Source: Myxococcota bacterium
GTDB lineage: Bacteria; Myxococcota_A; UBA796; CAJQPC01
NCBI GenBank assembly: GCA_036012755.1
Contig: DASCPX010000183.1
Location: forward strand, 15,849 to 79,848
Length of the DNA: 64,000 bases
Direction of reading: 5' to 3'
Below are positions 7,781 through 16,413 of the stretch, piece by piece; positions within the stretch are counted from its first letter, which is position 1, and each line of letters begins with the position of its first letter. The position numbers and the translations under genes are program-made. The notes beneath the pieces were generated by a model, which did not search any database, was not told the DNA's origin, and worked only from the letters and a program-made list of their open reading frames with translations.

Positions 7781-9504
7781 CCCTTGCCCCCCTTGTCCTG
7801 CTGGGCCAGCCAGGCCTCCCGGTAGGGCCCCGGCATGCCCACGAGGTCCTCGTGCCGCCCCTCGGCGACCTTCCTGCCTTTGTCGAGGACCAGGACGCGA
7901 TCGACGCGCCGCAGCACACTCATGCGGTGGCTGACCAGGATGGTCGTGGGTCTCTGGTCGCCGCTGGCGAGGCTCTCGAGGGTGTCGATGAGGTCGCGCT
8001 CGGTCGCCTGGTCGACGGCAGAGAGCACGTCGTCGAGCACGAGCAGGTCGTAGCGGCGGTACAGCGCCCGGGCCAGCGCCGTGCGCTGCCGCTGACCGCC
8101 GCTGAGCATGATCCCGCGCTCCCCGACGATGGTGTCCAGGCCGTCCGGGAGGGCCGGGAGGTCGGCCCGCAGCGCCGCCCGATCGACGGCGAGCTCGACG
8201 TCGCCCTCTCGGCCCATCGCCACGTTGTCGCGGATCGAGTCGGAGAAGAGGAAGGGCACCTGGGGTGCCACCGCCAGCTTCTGCCTCCAGGCGGCCAGGT
8301 CGAGCTCCCGCAGGTCCGTGCCGTCCACCTCGACCGCACCTGGCGGAGGGTTCCAGGTCCGCGTGAGGAGGCGCAACAGCGTGGTCTTTCCAGAGCCGGT
8401 CGGCCCGTAGATGCCGAGCACGCAGCCTGGCTCGATGTCCACGTCGAGCTCTGAGAGCGCCTCCTCGGCGCCCTCGCCGTAGGTGAAAGAGAGCCCCCGG
8501 ATCCGGATGTGTGGGGCCCCCTCTGGGAGCTCGACCCGCGTGTCCCGGTCCGGCCTCTCCGGCTCCCGGTAGAGGATCTCGTCGATGCGCTCCAGCGAGA
8601 TCATGCCTCGCTGGAAGACCGACACGAGCCAGCCCAGCGACATCAGCGGCCACAGCAGGTAGGCGATGAAGGTCACGAAGGCGACGAGCTCGCCGACGCT
8701 GACCTCGCCTGCGATGGCCATCGGGCCGCCACGGGACAACAGGAGGTAGATGCCCGTCGCTCCAGAGGCGCCCAGGAGAGGGAAGATGCTCGAGCGGACC
8801 AAGGCCAGCTTCACGTTCGTCCGCTTGTAGGCCTCGTTGCGCTCGGCGAAGCGTGCGACGAAGGCCTCTTCTGCCGTGAAGCCCTGGATGGTCTGCACGC
8901 CCTGGAGCGACGACAACACGACGTCCGAGAGCGCCGCCAGCTGCTGCTGGGCGACTCGGACGAGCTTGTGGAGGCGGAGGATGCCGACCTGCAGGATCAC
9001 CATCCCGATGAGGATCGGGGCGGTGACCATCAGCGTCAGCGTTGGCGACAGGCGGACCATCTCGCCGCCGGTCAACAACAGGGCCAGCGTCACGTTGCAG
9101 ATCTGGAGCCCACCGAAGCCGACGAGCGCCCGCAGGTAGGCGATGTCGTTGCTGGCGCGGCTGACGATGTCGCCGGTCTCCATGCCCGCGTAGAAGCGCG
9201 GCTGGACCCGGGTGAGCTGGGCGAACAGGTCGTTCTTCAGGTGGAACTCGACGAGCCGTCCCGGGGTGAAGAAGAGCACGCGGGACAGGCTGCGCACGCC
9301 GATCACGGAGAGCCCCATCAGGGCGATGACGACCACCTCCTCGCGGACCTTCTCGGCGTCGGAGAGCGAGTCGATGGCCGAGGCCATGTGGAGTGGGATC
9401 TGGACCGCCAGCCAGTTCGTCAGCGCGAGGAAGACGAAGCCGCCGATGTACCACTGCCAGTAGCGGGCCGCGTAGCGCAGCCCGAAGCGCCCCAGGCCCT
9501 TCAA
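7777..9504 (-). CDS. ABC exporter half-transporter (TMD-NBD fusion), degenerate catalytic site
   Basis: TTG 9504-9502 overlaps the upstream TGA (TTGA). Motifs: Walker A GPTGSGKTT, signature LSGGQRQR, H-loop VSHRM. Walker B is LLVLDDVLSAVD, with Asp where the catalytic Glu normally follows. Confidence 0.85.
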   Translation of the reverse strand: MKGLGRFGLRYAARYWQWYIGGFVFLALTNWLAVQIPLHMASAIDSLSDAEKVREEVVVIALMGLSVIGVRSLSRVLFFTPGRLVEFHLKNDLFAQLTRVQPRFYAGMETGDIVSRASNDIAYLRALVGFGGLQICNVTLALLLTGGEMVRLSPTLTLMVTAPILIGMVILQVGILRLHKLVRVAQQQLAALSDVVLSSLQGVQTIQGFTAEEAFVARFAERNEAYKRTNVKLALVRSSIFPLLGASGATGIYLLLSRGGPMAIAGEVSVGELVAFVTFIAYLLWPLMSLGWLVSVFQRGMISLERIDEILYREPERPDRDTRVELPEGAPHIRIRGLSFTYGEGAEEALSELDVDIEPGCVLGIYGPTGSGKTTLLRLLTRTWNPPPGAVEVDGTDLRELDLAAWRQKLAVAPQVPFLFSDSIRDNVAMGREGDVELAVDRAALRADLPALPDGLDTIVGERGIMLSGGQRQRTALARALYRRYDLLVLDDVLSAVDQATERDLIDTLESLASGDQRPTTILVSHRMSVLRRVDRVLVLDKGRKVAEGRHEDLVGMPGPYREAWLAQQDKGGKG

Positions 9505-10235
9505 GCAGGGTCGACCAGGAAGCGATGCAGCGCGAGCAGGGCCCGGCCGAGCACGAGTCGCGCTGGACCGTCCGTCGGTCGGAGGGTGAGCAGGGTGTCG
9601 ACGCGACGCCCTTCGATGTCCAGCGTCAAGACGACCGTCTCGGGAGCGCTCCCGCGGAGGAGCTCCAGCTCCCCGGTCTCGAGCTGGAGCACGACGTTCC
9701 CTCGCTCGCCGTCGCTCCAGTTGCAGACCAGCCAGGACTTCGACTCGGACAGGTCGATCGCAGCGGGCATGCGGAGCCCGTCGTGCAGCAGCAGCTTGGT
9801 GATGGGTCGCCAGCTGACGACCATCGGCTCGAGCTCGTCCGTGTCGTCCGGTGGAAGGAGCGGGCTGTGCCAGGAGGGCTCGGTGGAGTCGTCCTCGCTG
9901 TCGTCTTCGTCGACGTCTTCGGCCGGGTCGGGGATCGGGAGGTGGTCGTCGGGATCCTCGAGGATGTCGTCCCACTCGCCGACATCCTCCCAGCCCTCCT
10001 CGCCGTCGATCGTGGCCTCGTCCCAGGCGGGATCCGATGGCGCCAGGTCGTCGGCCTTCTCCAAGAGGTCCTCTGGCTCCCACAGCTCGTCATCGGCCGA
10101 GGTCTCCTCGTCCTCGTCGAGGTCCTCGTCGACCTCGAGCGGGTCATCGAGGAGGTCCTCGTCCTCCCACCAGGCCTCGTCCTCGACGTCGTCGGGGCTC
10201 TCCAAGGGGAGCTCGACGCTCTTGTCACGGCTCAC
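9501..10235 (-). CDS. highly acidic protein with C-terminal retropepsin-like (DUF785/RimB-type) domain, active-site motif not conserved
   Basis: GTG 10235-10233 overlaps the upstream TGA. About 130 N-terminal residues are extremely D/E-rich (DDVEDEAWWEDEDLLDDPLEVDEDLDEDEE...). The C-terminal ~105 aa (AAIDLSESKSW ... LVLGRALLALHRFLVDPA) resemble, from memory, the KIDTGA ... LLGR..L..F.VDP pattern of that family. Confidence 0.5.
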   Translation of the reverse strand: MSRDKSVELPLESPDDVEDEAWWEDEDLLDDPLEVDEDLDEDEETSADDELWEPEDLLEKADDLAPSDPAWDEATIDGEEGWEDVGEWDDILEDPDDHLPIPDPAEDVDEDDSEDDSTEPSWHSPLLPPDDTDELEPMVVSWRPITKLLLHDGLRMPAAIDLSESKSWLVCNWSDGERGNVVLQLETGELELLRGSAPETVVLTLDIEGRRVDTLLTLRPTDGPARLVLGRALLALHRFLVDPA

Positions 10236-10849
10236 TGGTTGCGCTGGAGCTTGAAGTAGGAGAACGCGATGTTGGAGATGCGGGCGCTGTTCTGCTCCCA
10301 CCAGAAGCCGCCGATGTCGCTCGCCGCCTCCACGACCGCCTGGGTCGCGAAGGTCTCTCCGCCGGTGGCGATGTCCTCGCCGAGCTTGCTGGCGAGGTTC
10401 ACCTCGTGGCCGTAGAAGTCGTCGCCGTCGATGTCGAGGATCTCGCCCCAGCCGAGCCCGAGGCTCACGCTGACGCTGTCGTTGAAGTGCCGCCCGACCG
10501 CATCCGCGAGGCAGGCCTCGTGCATGCCCACCGCGGCTCGAACAGCATCGCTCGGAGTCTGGAAGGTCGCGTAGAGGTTGTCCGCCTCTGCCTTCACCAG
10601 GTTTCCGCCGTGCTCGGCGATCACCGGCCCGACGAGCTCGCGCATGCGCTGGATGAGGCCCAGGAAGTGGAGGATGCCCTCCTCCTGGGTGATGCGTGAG
10701 AAGCCGGACATGTCCGAGATCAACACCGCGCGGCGAGCCAGGAAGCGCTGCTGGATGAGCCCATCGACCTCGGCGCGGCCGGCCGCGTCGATGTGCCGGT
10801 TTCGCGCCTGGAGGAGCGCGTTGAGCTCTTCGACGGCTGGTGTGGACAT
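10232..10849 (-). CDS. stand-alone class III nucleotidyl cyclase (adenylate/guanylate cyclase homology) domain protein
   Basis: ATG 10849, 205 aa. Motifs: AVLISDMSGFSRI (metal Asp + GFS), VKAEADNLYATF, SLGLGWGEI, GHEVNLASKLGE. No sensor or membrane domain. Confidence 0.75.
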   Translation of the reverse strand: MSTPAVEELNALLQARNRHIDAAGRAEVDGLIQQRFLARRAVLISDMSGFSRITQEEGILHFLGLIQRMRELVGPVIAEHGGNLVKAEADNLYATFQTPSDAVRAAVGMHEACLADAVGRHFNDSVSVSLGLGWGEILDIDGDDFYGHEVNLASKLGEDIATGGETFATQAVVEAASDIGGFWWEQNSARISNIAFSYFKLQRNQ

Positions 10850-11017
10850 CGCCAGAGCCTATCGCGCTCCGTCCGACGAGGGATGCCTGCGCCGAATCGA
10901 CGCAGCGCACCTGCTCCGATCTGGAGCACACCCGCCCTGCCTTTCACCTGATTTCAGCCCCTTACAGCCTGGCCCGCCTCGTGCATTGTTCGGTCTCCCA
11001 ACGAGACAGGGAGCCAA

Positions 11018-11810
11018 CATGGACGTCCGATTCTGGGGAGTGCGCGGCAGCATTCCCGTCTCCGGCGCGCGCTACCTCGGCGCCGGCGGCAACACATCCT
11101 GCGTCGAGTTCCTGCATCGGGGGCGTCGGCTGGTCATCGACGGGGGCACTGGTTTGCGCGCCCTCGGGGCCAGCCTGGGCTTCCGGCCCGTCGAGGCGAC
11201 CTTCTTGTTCACCCACGTGCACTGGGATCACATCCAGGGCGTTCCCTTCTTCGGGCCGGCCTTCCACCCGGACAGTCGCTTCGTCTTCGGCGGTGCGGCG
11301 GGTCTCCAGGAGGCCCTCTCCGAGCAGATGAAGGCCCCACAGTTCCCCATCACGCTGGAGGCCGTCCGAGCTGGAATCGACTGGTTGGAGCTCGAGAGCC
11401 AGCGCACCTTTCGCGTCGGCCCGTTTTCCGTGACTCCGCTGTCCATGAACCACCCGGACGGTGTCTTCGCCTACCGGGTCGAGACCGGGGACCACAGCGT
11501 CGTCTTCGCCACCGACGTCGAGCACGCCGGGGTCGTCGACGAGGCCCTCGTGGAGCTCTCCGCCGGCGCGGACCTGCTCGTGCACGACGCCCAGTACACC
11601 CCGGACGAGTACGCCGTGCGCCGGGGCTGGGGCCACTCCACCGTCGACGAGGCCATCGAGGTCGCGCGCCGAGCCGAGGTCGGAGCGCTGGCTCTCTTCC
11701 ACCACGACCCGGCGCGGGACGACGAGGCCCTGTGCCGCTTGGAGGCCCGAGCTCGCAGCCGGCTTCCCGGTGCCTTCGTGGCGCGGGAGGGGCCGGCCCT
11801 GGCGCTTTGA
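11018..11810 (+). CDS. MBL-fold metallo-hydrolase (HxHxDH), possibly phosphodiesterase-like
   Basis: ATG 11018 preceded by GGGAG. Begins MDVRFWGVRGS; HVHWDH motif; later His/Asp ligands (NHPDG, VHDAQY, WGHST, FHHDP). The track ORF 10578..11810 is over-extended. Confidence 0.85.
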
Positions 11811-13258
11811 CGTCCCGGTCGGCGAGGCAGTACGCTGAGGACATCCTTCGCCGAGTCCTCGATCGTCGCGTCACGCTGGGCCGAGTCGAGCTGGATCGCG
11901 TGCTGGAGCGGATCATCGACGAGGTGCGGGTTCAGCTCGGCGCCGATCGCGGCACCCTCTACCTCGTCGACCACGCCACCTGCGAGCTGGTCTCCCGGGT
12001 CGCCCACCTCCCGGAGATCCGGCGCATCCGGCTGCGCATCGGCGAGGGCGTCGCCGGACGCGTCGCGGCCACGGGCGAGGTCGTGCGCGTACCCCCTGGG
12101 CCCACGGCTCGCGGCATCGACGCCCTGACCGGCTACGTCACGAAGAACCTCGTCGCCGCCCCAGTGGTCTCTGGCGGCGCCGTCGTCGCCGTGCTGCAGG
12201 TGCTCAACAAGCCGGGAGGCTTCTCGGACGAGGACGTCGAGCTCCTCGCTGTCCTCTCCGAGCGGGTCGCCGAGCTCTTGGACCAGACCTCGCTGTCCGC
12301 GCAGCTCCGCCCTGGACACCGCCAGCCGCTGGCCTTTCGCTTCAACCACATCGTGGGGGACTCCGCGGTGATGCAGGCGGTCTACGAGCGCACCGCGAAG
12401 GCGGCGAGGTCCATGGCGACCGTGCTGGTGCGCGGAGAGTCGGGCACCGGCAAGGAGCTCATCGCCCGGGCCATCCACGAGAACTCGGGCCGGGCCGGGT
12501 GCCCTTTCGTCAAGGTCGACTGCGCCGCGCTACCCGAGAACCTCGTCGAGAACGAGCTCTTCGGCCACGTCCGAGGGGCCTACACCTCGGCTGGCAGCGA
12601 CGCCTCCGGCAAGGTCGACGCTGCACTGGGAGGCACCCTCTTCCTCGACGAGATCGGCGAGCTCGGGCTGCCGGTCCAGACCCGCCTGCTCCGGCTCTTG
12701 CAAGACCGGTGCTTCGTCCGGGTCGGCGGCACGCAGTCGATCGAGGCGGACGTTCGCTTCGTCTGCGCGACCCACGTCGACCTCGAGGAGGCCGTGCGGG
12801 ACAAGCGCTTCCGCCAGGACCTCTACTACCGGCTGCGGGTCATCGAGGTCCGCACTCCGGCGCTGAGGGAGCGAGGGGGAGGGGACCTCGACCGACTCGT
12901 CGACCACTTCCTCCACCGCTTCTGCCGGGAACACGATCGGGACGTCGAGCTGAGCGATGCGGCGCGAGCCGCGCTCCATGGCCACGACTGGCCCGGCAAC
13001 GTGCGGGAGCTGGAGCACTGCCTGGAGTCGGCGGTGGTCCTCGCGGAGGGGAGCACGATCGAGCGGGAGAGCCTGGCGCTGGGGCCCCACCGGCCGGCGG
13101 TCCCGGGGGTCTTCCGCTCCGGGGTCGTCCCGCTGGAGGAGCTCGAGCGCAGCTACGTCCAGCACGTGCTGGAGCTCTGCGGGGGCAACAAGTCAGAGGC
13201 CGCCCGGGTGCTCGGGATCGGCCGGAACCGGCTCTCCAGGAAGCTCTCCGACCGCTGA
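11807..13258 (+). CDS. sigma-54-dependent transcriptional activator with N-terminal GAF domain
   Basis: GAF-like region ([24 protein letters not shown]). AAA+ domain with Walker A GESGTGKE, a GAYTSA loop, Walker [10 protein letters not shown], and FRQDLYYRL. Fis-type HTH ([21 protein letters not shown]). Start uncertain: TTG 11807 overlaps the upstream TGA, while the track start is 11732. Confidence 0.9.
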   Translation: MTSRSARQYAEDILRRVLDRRVTLGRVELDRVLERIIDEVRVQLGADRGTLYLVDHATCELVSRVAHLPEIRRIRLRIGEGVAGRVAATGEVVRVPPGPTARGIDALTGYVTKNLVAAPVVSGGAVVAVLQVLNKPGGFSDEDVELLAVLSERVAELLDQTSLSAQLRPGHRQPLAFRFNHIVGDSAVMQAVYERTAKAARSMATVLVRGESGTGKELIARAIHENSGRAGCPFVKVDCAALPENLVENELFGHVRGAYTSAGSDASGKVDAALGGTLFLDEIGELGLPVQTRLLRLLQDRCFVRVGGTQSIEADVRFVCATHVDLEEAVRDKRFRQDLYYRLRVIEVRTPALRERGGGDLDRLVDHFLHRFCREHDRDVELSDAARAALHGHDWPGNVRELEHCLESAVVLAEGSTIERESLALGPHRPAVPGVFRSGVVPLEELERSYVQHVLELCGGNKSEAARVLGIGRNRLSRKLSDR

Positions 13259-13340
13259 CAATCGGTTTCAACTCAAGGACAATTGGTGTTTTCCCGATGC
13301 TCTCGTCAGGGATAGACTGTCGTCTTCCCCCGGAGGCCTC

Positions 13341-13517
13341 ATGTCGTCCTTCCTTCGTCGTTTCCTGGCTGACGAGTCGGCCGCCACGTCGATCGAATAC
13401 GGGCTGATCGCCGTGGTCGTGAGCGTTGGCATCCTCGCCAGCGTGCAGGCCTTCAGCGGCTCGCTGGCCAACCTCTGGAACTACACCGCGACGAACATCA
13501 CGGCGAACCTGCCCTAG
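13341..13517 (+). CDS. flp: Flp/Fap family type IVb pilin-like prepilin
   Basis: ATG 13341 with GGAGG 5 nt upstream, 58 aa. MSSFLRRFLADESAATSIEYGLIAVVVSVGILA matches the Flp leader plus the (G/A)TAIEYGLI motif and hydrophobic helix. Confidence 0.8.
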   Translation: MSSFLRRFLADESAATSIEYGLIAVVVSVGILASVQAFSGSLANLWNYTATNITANLP

Positions 13518-13519
13518 GG

Positions 13520-15601
13520 CTGCGCTACGGGGCGCTCCTGTGCGCCTCGGGGGCTTGCGCGCTGGCCTACGAGGTGTTGTGGATGCGGCGCTTCGCGCTG
13601 CTCTTCGGCGCCTCTGCGATCGCCACGACCTTGACCCTGGCCACGGTCTTCGGGGGGCTGGGGCTCGGGGGACTGCTCGGTGGTCGCCTGCCAGCGCACC
13701 GTCCGAACCGGACCTACGCCCTGCTCGAGGTCTCCGCGGCGCTCTGGGCCCTTGCCCTGCCCTTCGGGCTCGTCGCCCTCACGCCTCTGGTCCAGCGAGC
13801 GGACTCCCTGCTGGTCGACGCCTTGGTCGTCGCGCTGCTCGCCGGGCCTCCAGCGGTGGCCTTGGGCGCCACGCTCCCGGTGCTGGCCCGGGGCTTTCGG
13901 AGCCGGGCCACCGTCGCCGGGCTCTACGCGGCGAACACCGCCGGGGCAGTGATCGGCGCGCTGGCGGTTCCGGCTCTGTTGCTCCCGCTCTTCGGCGTCA
14001 CGGGCTCCGAGCGCCTCGTCGCCATCAGTGGCATCGCCGTCGCGGTCGTCGCTGGCCTCAGCGGTCTCCAGCGACGGGAGCGGGCGGTGGATCGGGTGCT
14101 GCGAGCCGACGCCCTGCTCGCCGTCGCCGCCGCGGGGTTCTCGGCGATGGTGCTGGAGGTCGCGTGGACACGCCTGGGCGCGGTGCTGCTCGGTCCCTCG
14201 ATCCATGCCCTCGCCTGGGTGCTGGCGGCCTTCCTGGGCGGTATCGCCGTCGGTGCGGCCCTCGGTCGTCGCAGAGGTCGCCTCGACCACGCGTTGGGGG
14301 CCATGGCCCTCTGCGCGCTCGCTGGCACCTTCGTCTACGCCCAGGCGCCCCTGATGTTCGCGAGCCTGTATGACCGCCTCGGCCCGGAGGGTCTCTGGCT
14401 CGCTTCGGTCGGTCTCGCGGTGCTCACGATGGCCGGGGCCCCCATCGCCAGTGGCTTCGTCTTCGCTCGAGCCCTGGAGCAGGGCGAGGTCGGCGCGCTC
14501 TACGGCGCCAACACGCTGCTGGGTGTGGTCGGCGCCGCGCTGGCCGGGCTGGTCCTCGTGCCAGCCCTCGGGGTGCAGGGGACCGTCGTCGTCGCCGCAG
14601 TCGTGGTGGCGCTCGCGGCCTCCGTGGTGGGCCGGAGACCGTGGTGGATCCTGGCCGCTGTCGCCCTCGCGGCGCTGATGCCGGACTGGGACGCCAGGCT
14701 GTATGCGGTCGGGATCTACAGCCGGGTCAGCGATCTCGGGGACCGCAGCCGCGAGGGCATCCGGAGCTTCGCGCAGGAGGGCTGGGACCTGCTCTTCTAC
14801 GAGGACGGTCGGACCGCGGCGGTGGCGGTCGGCCAGAGCACTACGACGGGCACGATCTGGCTGTCCATCAACGGCAAGGTCGACGCCTCCACCGGTGACG
14901 ACATGCCGACCCAGGTGCTCTCCGGCCAGATCCCGCTGCGCATGCACGGCGCCGCCAGGGACGTCCTCGTCGTGGGGCTCGCCTCCGGAGTCACGGCAGG
15001 GGCTGTGCTCGACGAGGGCGTGGAGTCCCTGGTCATCGTCGAGCTCGAGCCCAGGGTGGTCGAGGCCAGCCACTACTTCGACGATTACTCCGGAGCCCCG
15101 CTGTCCGACGAGCGCACGCGCCTGCGGGTCGACGACGCCCGGGCGGTCCTCTCGGAGCCCCAGACCTTCGACGTCATCATCAGCGAGCCCAGCAACCCCT
15201 GGATCACGGGGGTGTCGAACCTCTTCACCCTCGAGTACTGGGAGCTGGGGCGCAGCCGGCTCCGGGAAGGCGGGGTCTTCTGCCAGTGGATCCAGCTCTA
15301 CGGGCTCGGGACCCGGGAACTCCTCAGCGTCGTCGCTACCTTCGTCGAGGTCTTCCCCCAGACCTGGCTGTACGAGCCGCTCGAGGGCGGCGACGTGCTC
15401 CTCGTCGGTGCGCTCGGAGAGGTCTTGCTGGACGATCTCGACCCCGTGTTGGGCCCCGACGGCGTCCAGCGTCTGGCCGGTGGGGCCCGCCTCAACACCG
15501 ACGAGCACCCCTGGGTCGAGCTCGAGGCGCCCAGGGCGATGCACCTCGCGACGGTTGTGGCCAACAAGGAGGCCATCCGGCGCGTTAGCGGCCGACAGTG
15601 A
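13520..15601 (+). CDS. fused polytopic membrane / spermidine synthase-like (SAM-MTase fold) protein
   Basis: Track ORF 13574..15601 (GTG). N-terminal multi-TM region plus a C-terminal spermidine-synthase-like part (VLVVGLASGVTAG, VIVELEP, FDVIISEPSNPW). The first helix (YGALLCASGACALAYEVLW) lies upstream of any ATG/GTG/TTG, so a CTG start at 13520 is proposed. The start is uncertain. Confidence 0.75.
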   Translation: MRYGALLCASGACALAYEVLWMRRFALLFGASAIATTLTLATVFGGLGLGGLLGGRLPAHRPNRTYALLEVSAALWALALPFGLVALTPLVQRADSLLVDALVVALLAGPPAVALGATLPVLARGFRSRATVAGLYAANTAGAVIGALAVPALLLPLFGVTGSERLVAISGIAVAVVAGLSGLQRRERAVDRVLRADALLAVAAAGFSAMVLEVAWTRLGAVLLGPSIHALAWVLAAFLGGIAVGAALGRRRGRLDHALGAMALCALAGTFVYAQAPLMFASLYDRLGPEGLWLASVGLAVLTMAGAPIASGFVFARALEQGEVGALYGANTLLGVVGAALAGLVLVPALGVQGTVVVAAVVVALAASVVGRRPWWILAAVALAALMPDWDARLYAVGIYSRVSDLGDRSREGIRSFAQEGWDLLFYEDGRTAAVAVGQSTTTGTIWLSINGKVDASTGDDMPTQVLSGQIPLRMHGAARDVLVVGLASGVTAGAVLDEGVESLVIVELEPRVVEASHYFDDYSGAPLSDERTRLRVDDARAVLSEPQTFDVIISEPSNPWITGVSNLFTLEYWELGRSRLREGGVFCQWIQLYGLGTRELLSVVATFVEVFPQTWLYEPLEGGDVLLVGALGEVLLDDLDPVLGPDGVQRLAGGARLNTDEHPWVELEAPRAMHLATVVANKEAIRRVSGRQ

Positions 15602-16413
15602 GTATCCGCGATCGTGCAAGGACCGGGCTGCAGGCGCTGCCTCGAAGACTCAGGCGGCGACTGGGTTCCCGCGGCATACGACGCGAGGACATCGAGCTCC
15701 AGAGCCTCGTCGGCTACCGCATCGCCGGCACCATCTGGAGAGCCCCCGGGGCCAGGACCGCGATCATCCTGACGCCGGGAACCAACGACCCCGGGAGCGT
15801 GTTCGAGGGCTGGACCCAGCCGGTGAATGCCATGGAGATCGCCAGCCTCGGCTACGTGTGCGCGCACTTCGACCCGGCGGGTCGGGGGAGGAGCTGGGGC
15901 GAAGAGGACTACGGCGGCCCCGAGCACCAGGACGACCTCCGGGTGGTCATCGAGCACCTCCGCCCACAGGTGGAAAGCCTGGGCGTGCTCAGCATCTCGT
16001 TGGGAATCGCGATGGCGGCGGGAGCCCTGACAGAGGACCTCGGCGTCGACTGGCTGCTGGACTGGGAGGGCCCCTGTGATCGCGAGATCATCTGCGCGGG
16101 CGGTCGCATGATGGCCCCGGCGCTGGGCCACGACCTCGAGGACGACACCTACTGGTGCCCGCGCGAGGCGGTCGTCCACGTCCCGAGGCTCCGCTGCGGC
16201 TACGTGCGCGTCCAGTCCAGCCGCGACCACGCTCAGCCCGGCGAGCTGCGTCATGCCACCCGCATGATCGAGGCGGCCGCCGGCGGAGATCTCCCCTTCT
16301 TTCATCTCAACGAGCACGGCGACGGGGTCGTGCCCGAAGAACCCGACTGGTACGCTCCCGGGCGCGCAGTCGCGAACCGGACCCTGCTTGGCTGGGTACA
16401 GAGGTTGACATGA
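15598..16413 (+). CDS. alpha/beta hydrolase fold protein
   Basis: GTG 15598 overlaps the upstream TGA (GTGA), 271 aa. The nucleophile-elbow-like motif is GVLSISLG. A later Asp/His pair is plausible. Confidence 0.65.
   Translation: MSIRDRARTGLQALPRRLRRRLGSRGIRREDIELQSLVGYRIAGTIWRAPGARTAIILTPGTNDPGSVFEGWTQPVNAMEIASLGYVCAHFDPAGRGRSWGEEDYGGPEHQDDLRVVIEHLRPQVESLGVLSISLGIAMAAGALTEDLGVDWLLDWEGPCDREIICAGGRMMAPALGHDLEDDTYWCPREAVVHVPRLRCGYVRVQSSRDHAQPGELRHATRMIEAAAGGDLPFFHLNEHGDGVVPEEPDWYAPGRAVANRTLLGWVQRLT

Noticed and set aside
10232-10849. A Pycsar-like antiphage system, meaning a minimal class III cyclase followed by an effector.
   Set aside because: The downstream proteins show no cyclic-nucleotide-binding domain fused to a TM or TIR effector. 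The neighbours are an acidic retropepsin-like protein and ABC exporters in a housekeeping-looking context.
13259-13340. A sigma-54 (-24/-12) promoter in front of flp, expected because a sigma-54 activator gene ends 83 nt upstream. The candidate was TGGTGTTTTCCCGATGC.
   Set aside because: I checked every GG in the spacer. None has GC exactly 10 nt downstream. The best candidate has a 12-nt gap, and sigma-54 promoters do not tolerate that spacing. No convincing sigma-70 hexamers are present either.
13514-15619. Long antisense or off-frame ORFs, such as 13514..15619(-), 5739..7919(-), 24118..26004(+), 28689..30242(+), 41..880(+), 19178..20545(+) and 47676..48752(+).
   Set aside because: Their translations are Arg/Pro/Gly/Ala-rich low-complexity strings with no motifs. 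They lie opposite or out of frame to ORFs with clear family signatures. This is the expected artefact of stop-codon depletion in GC-rich DNA.
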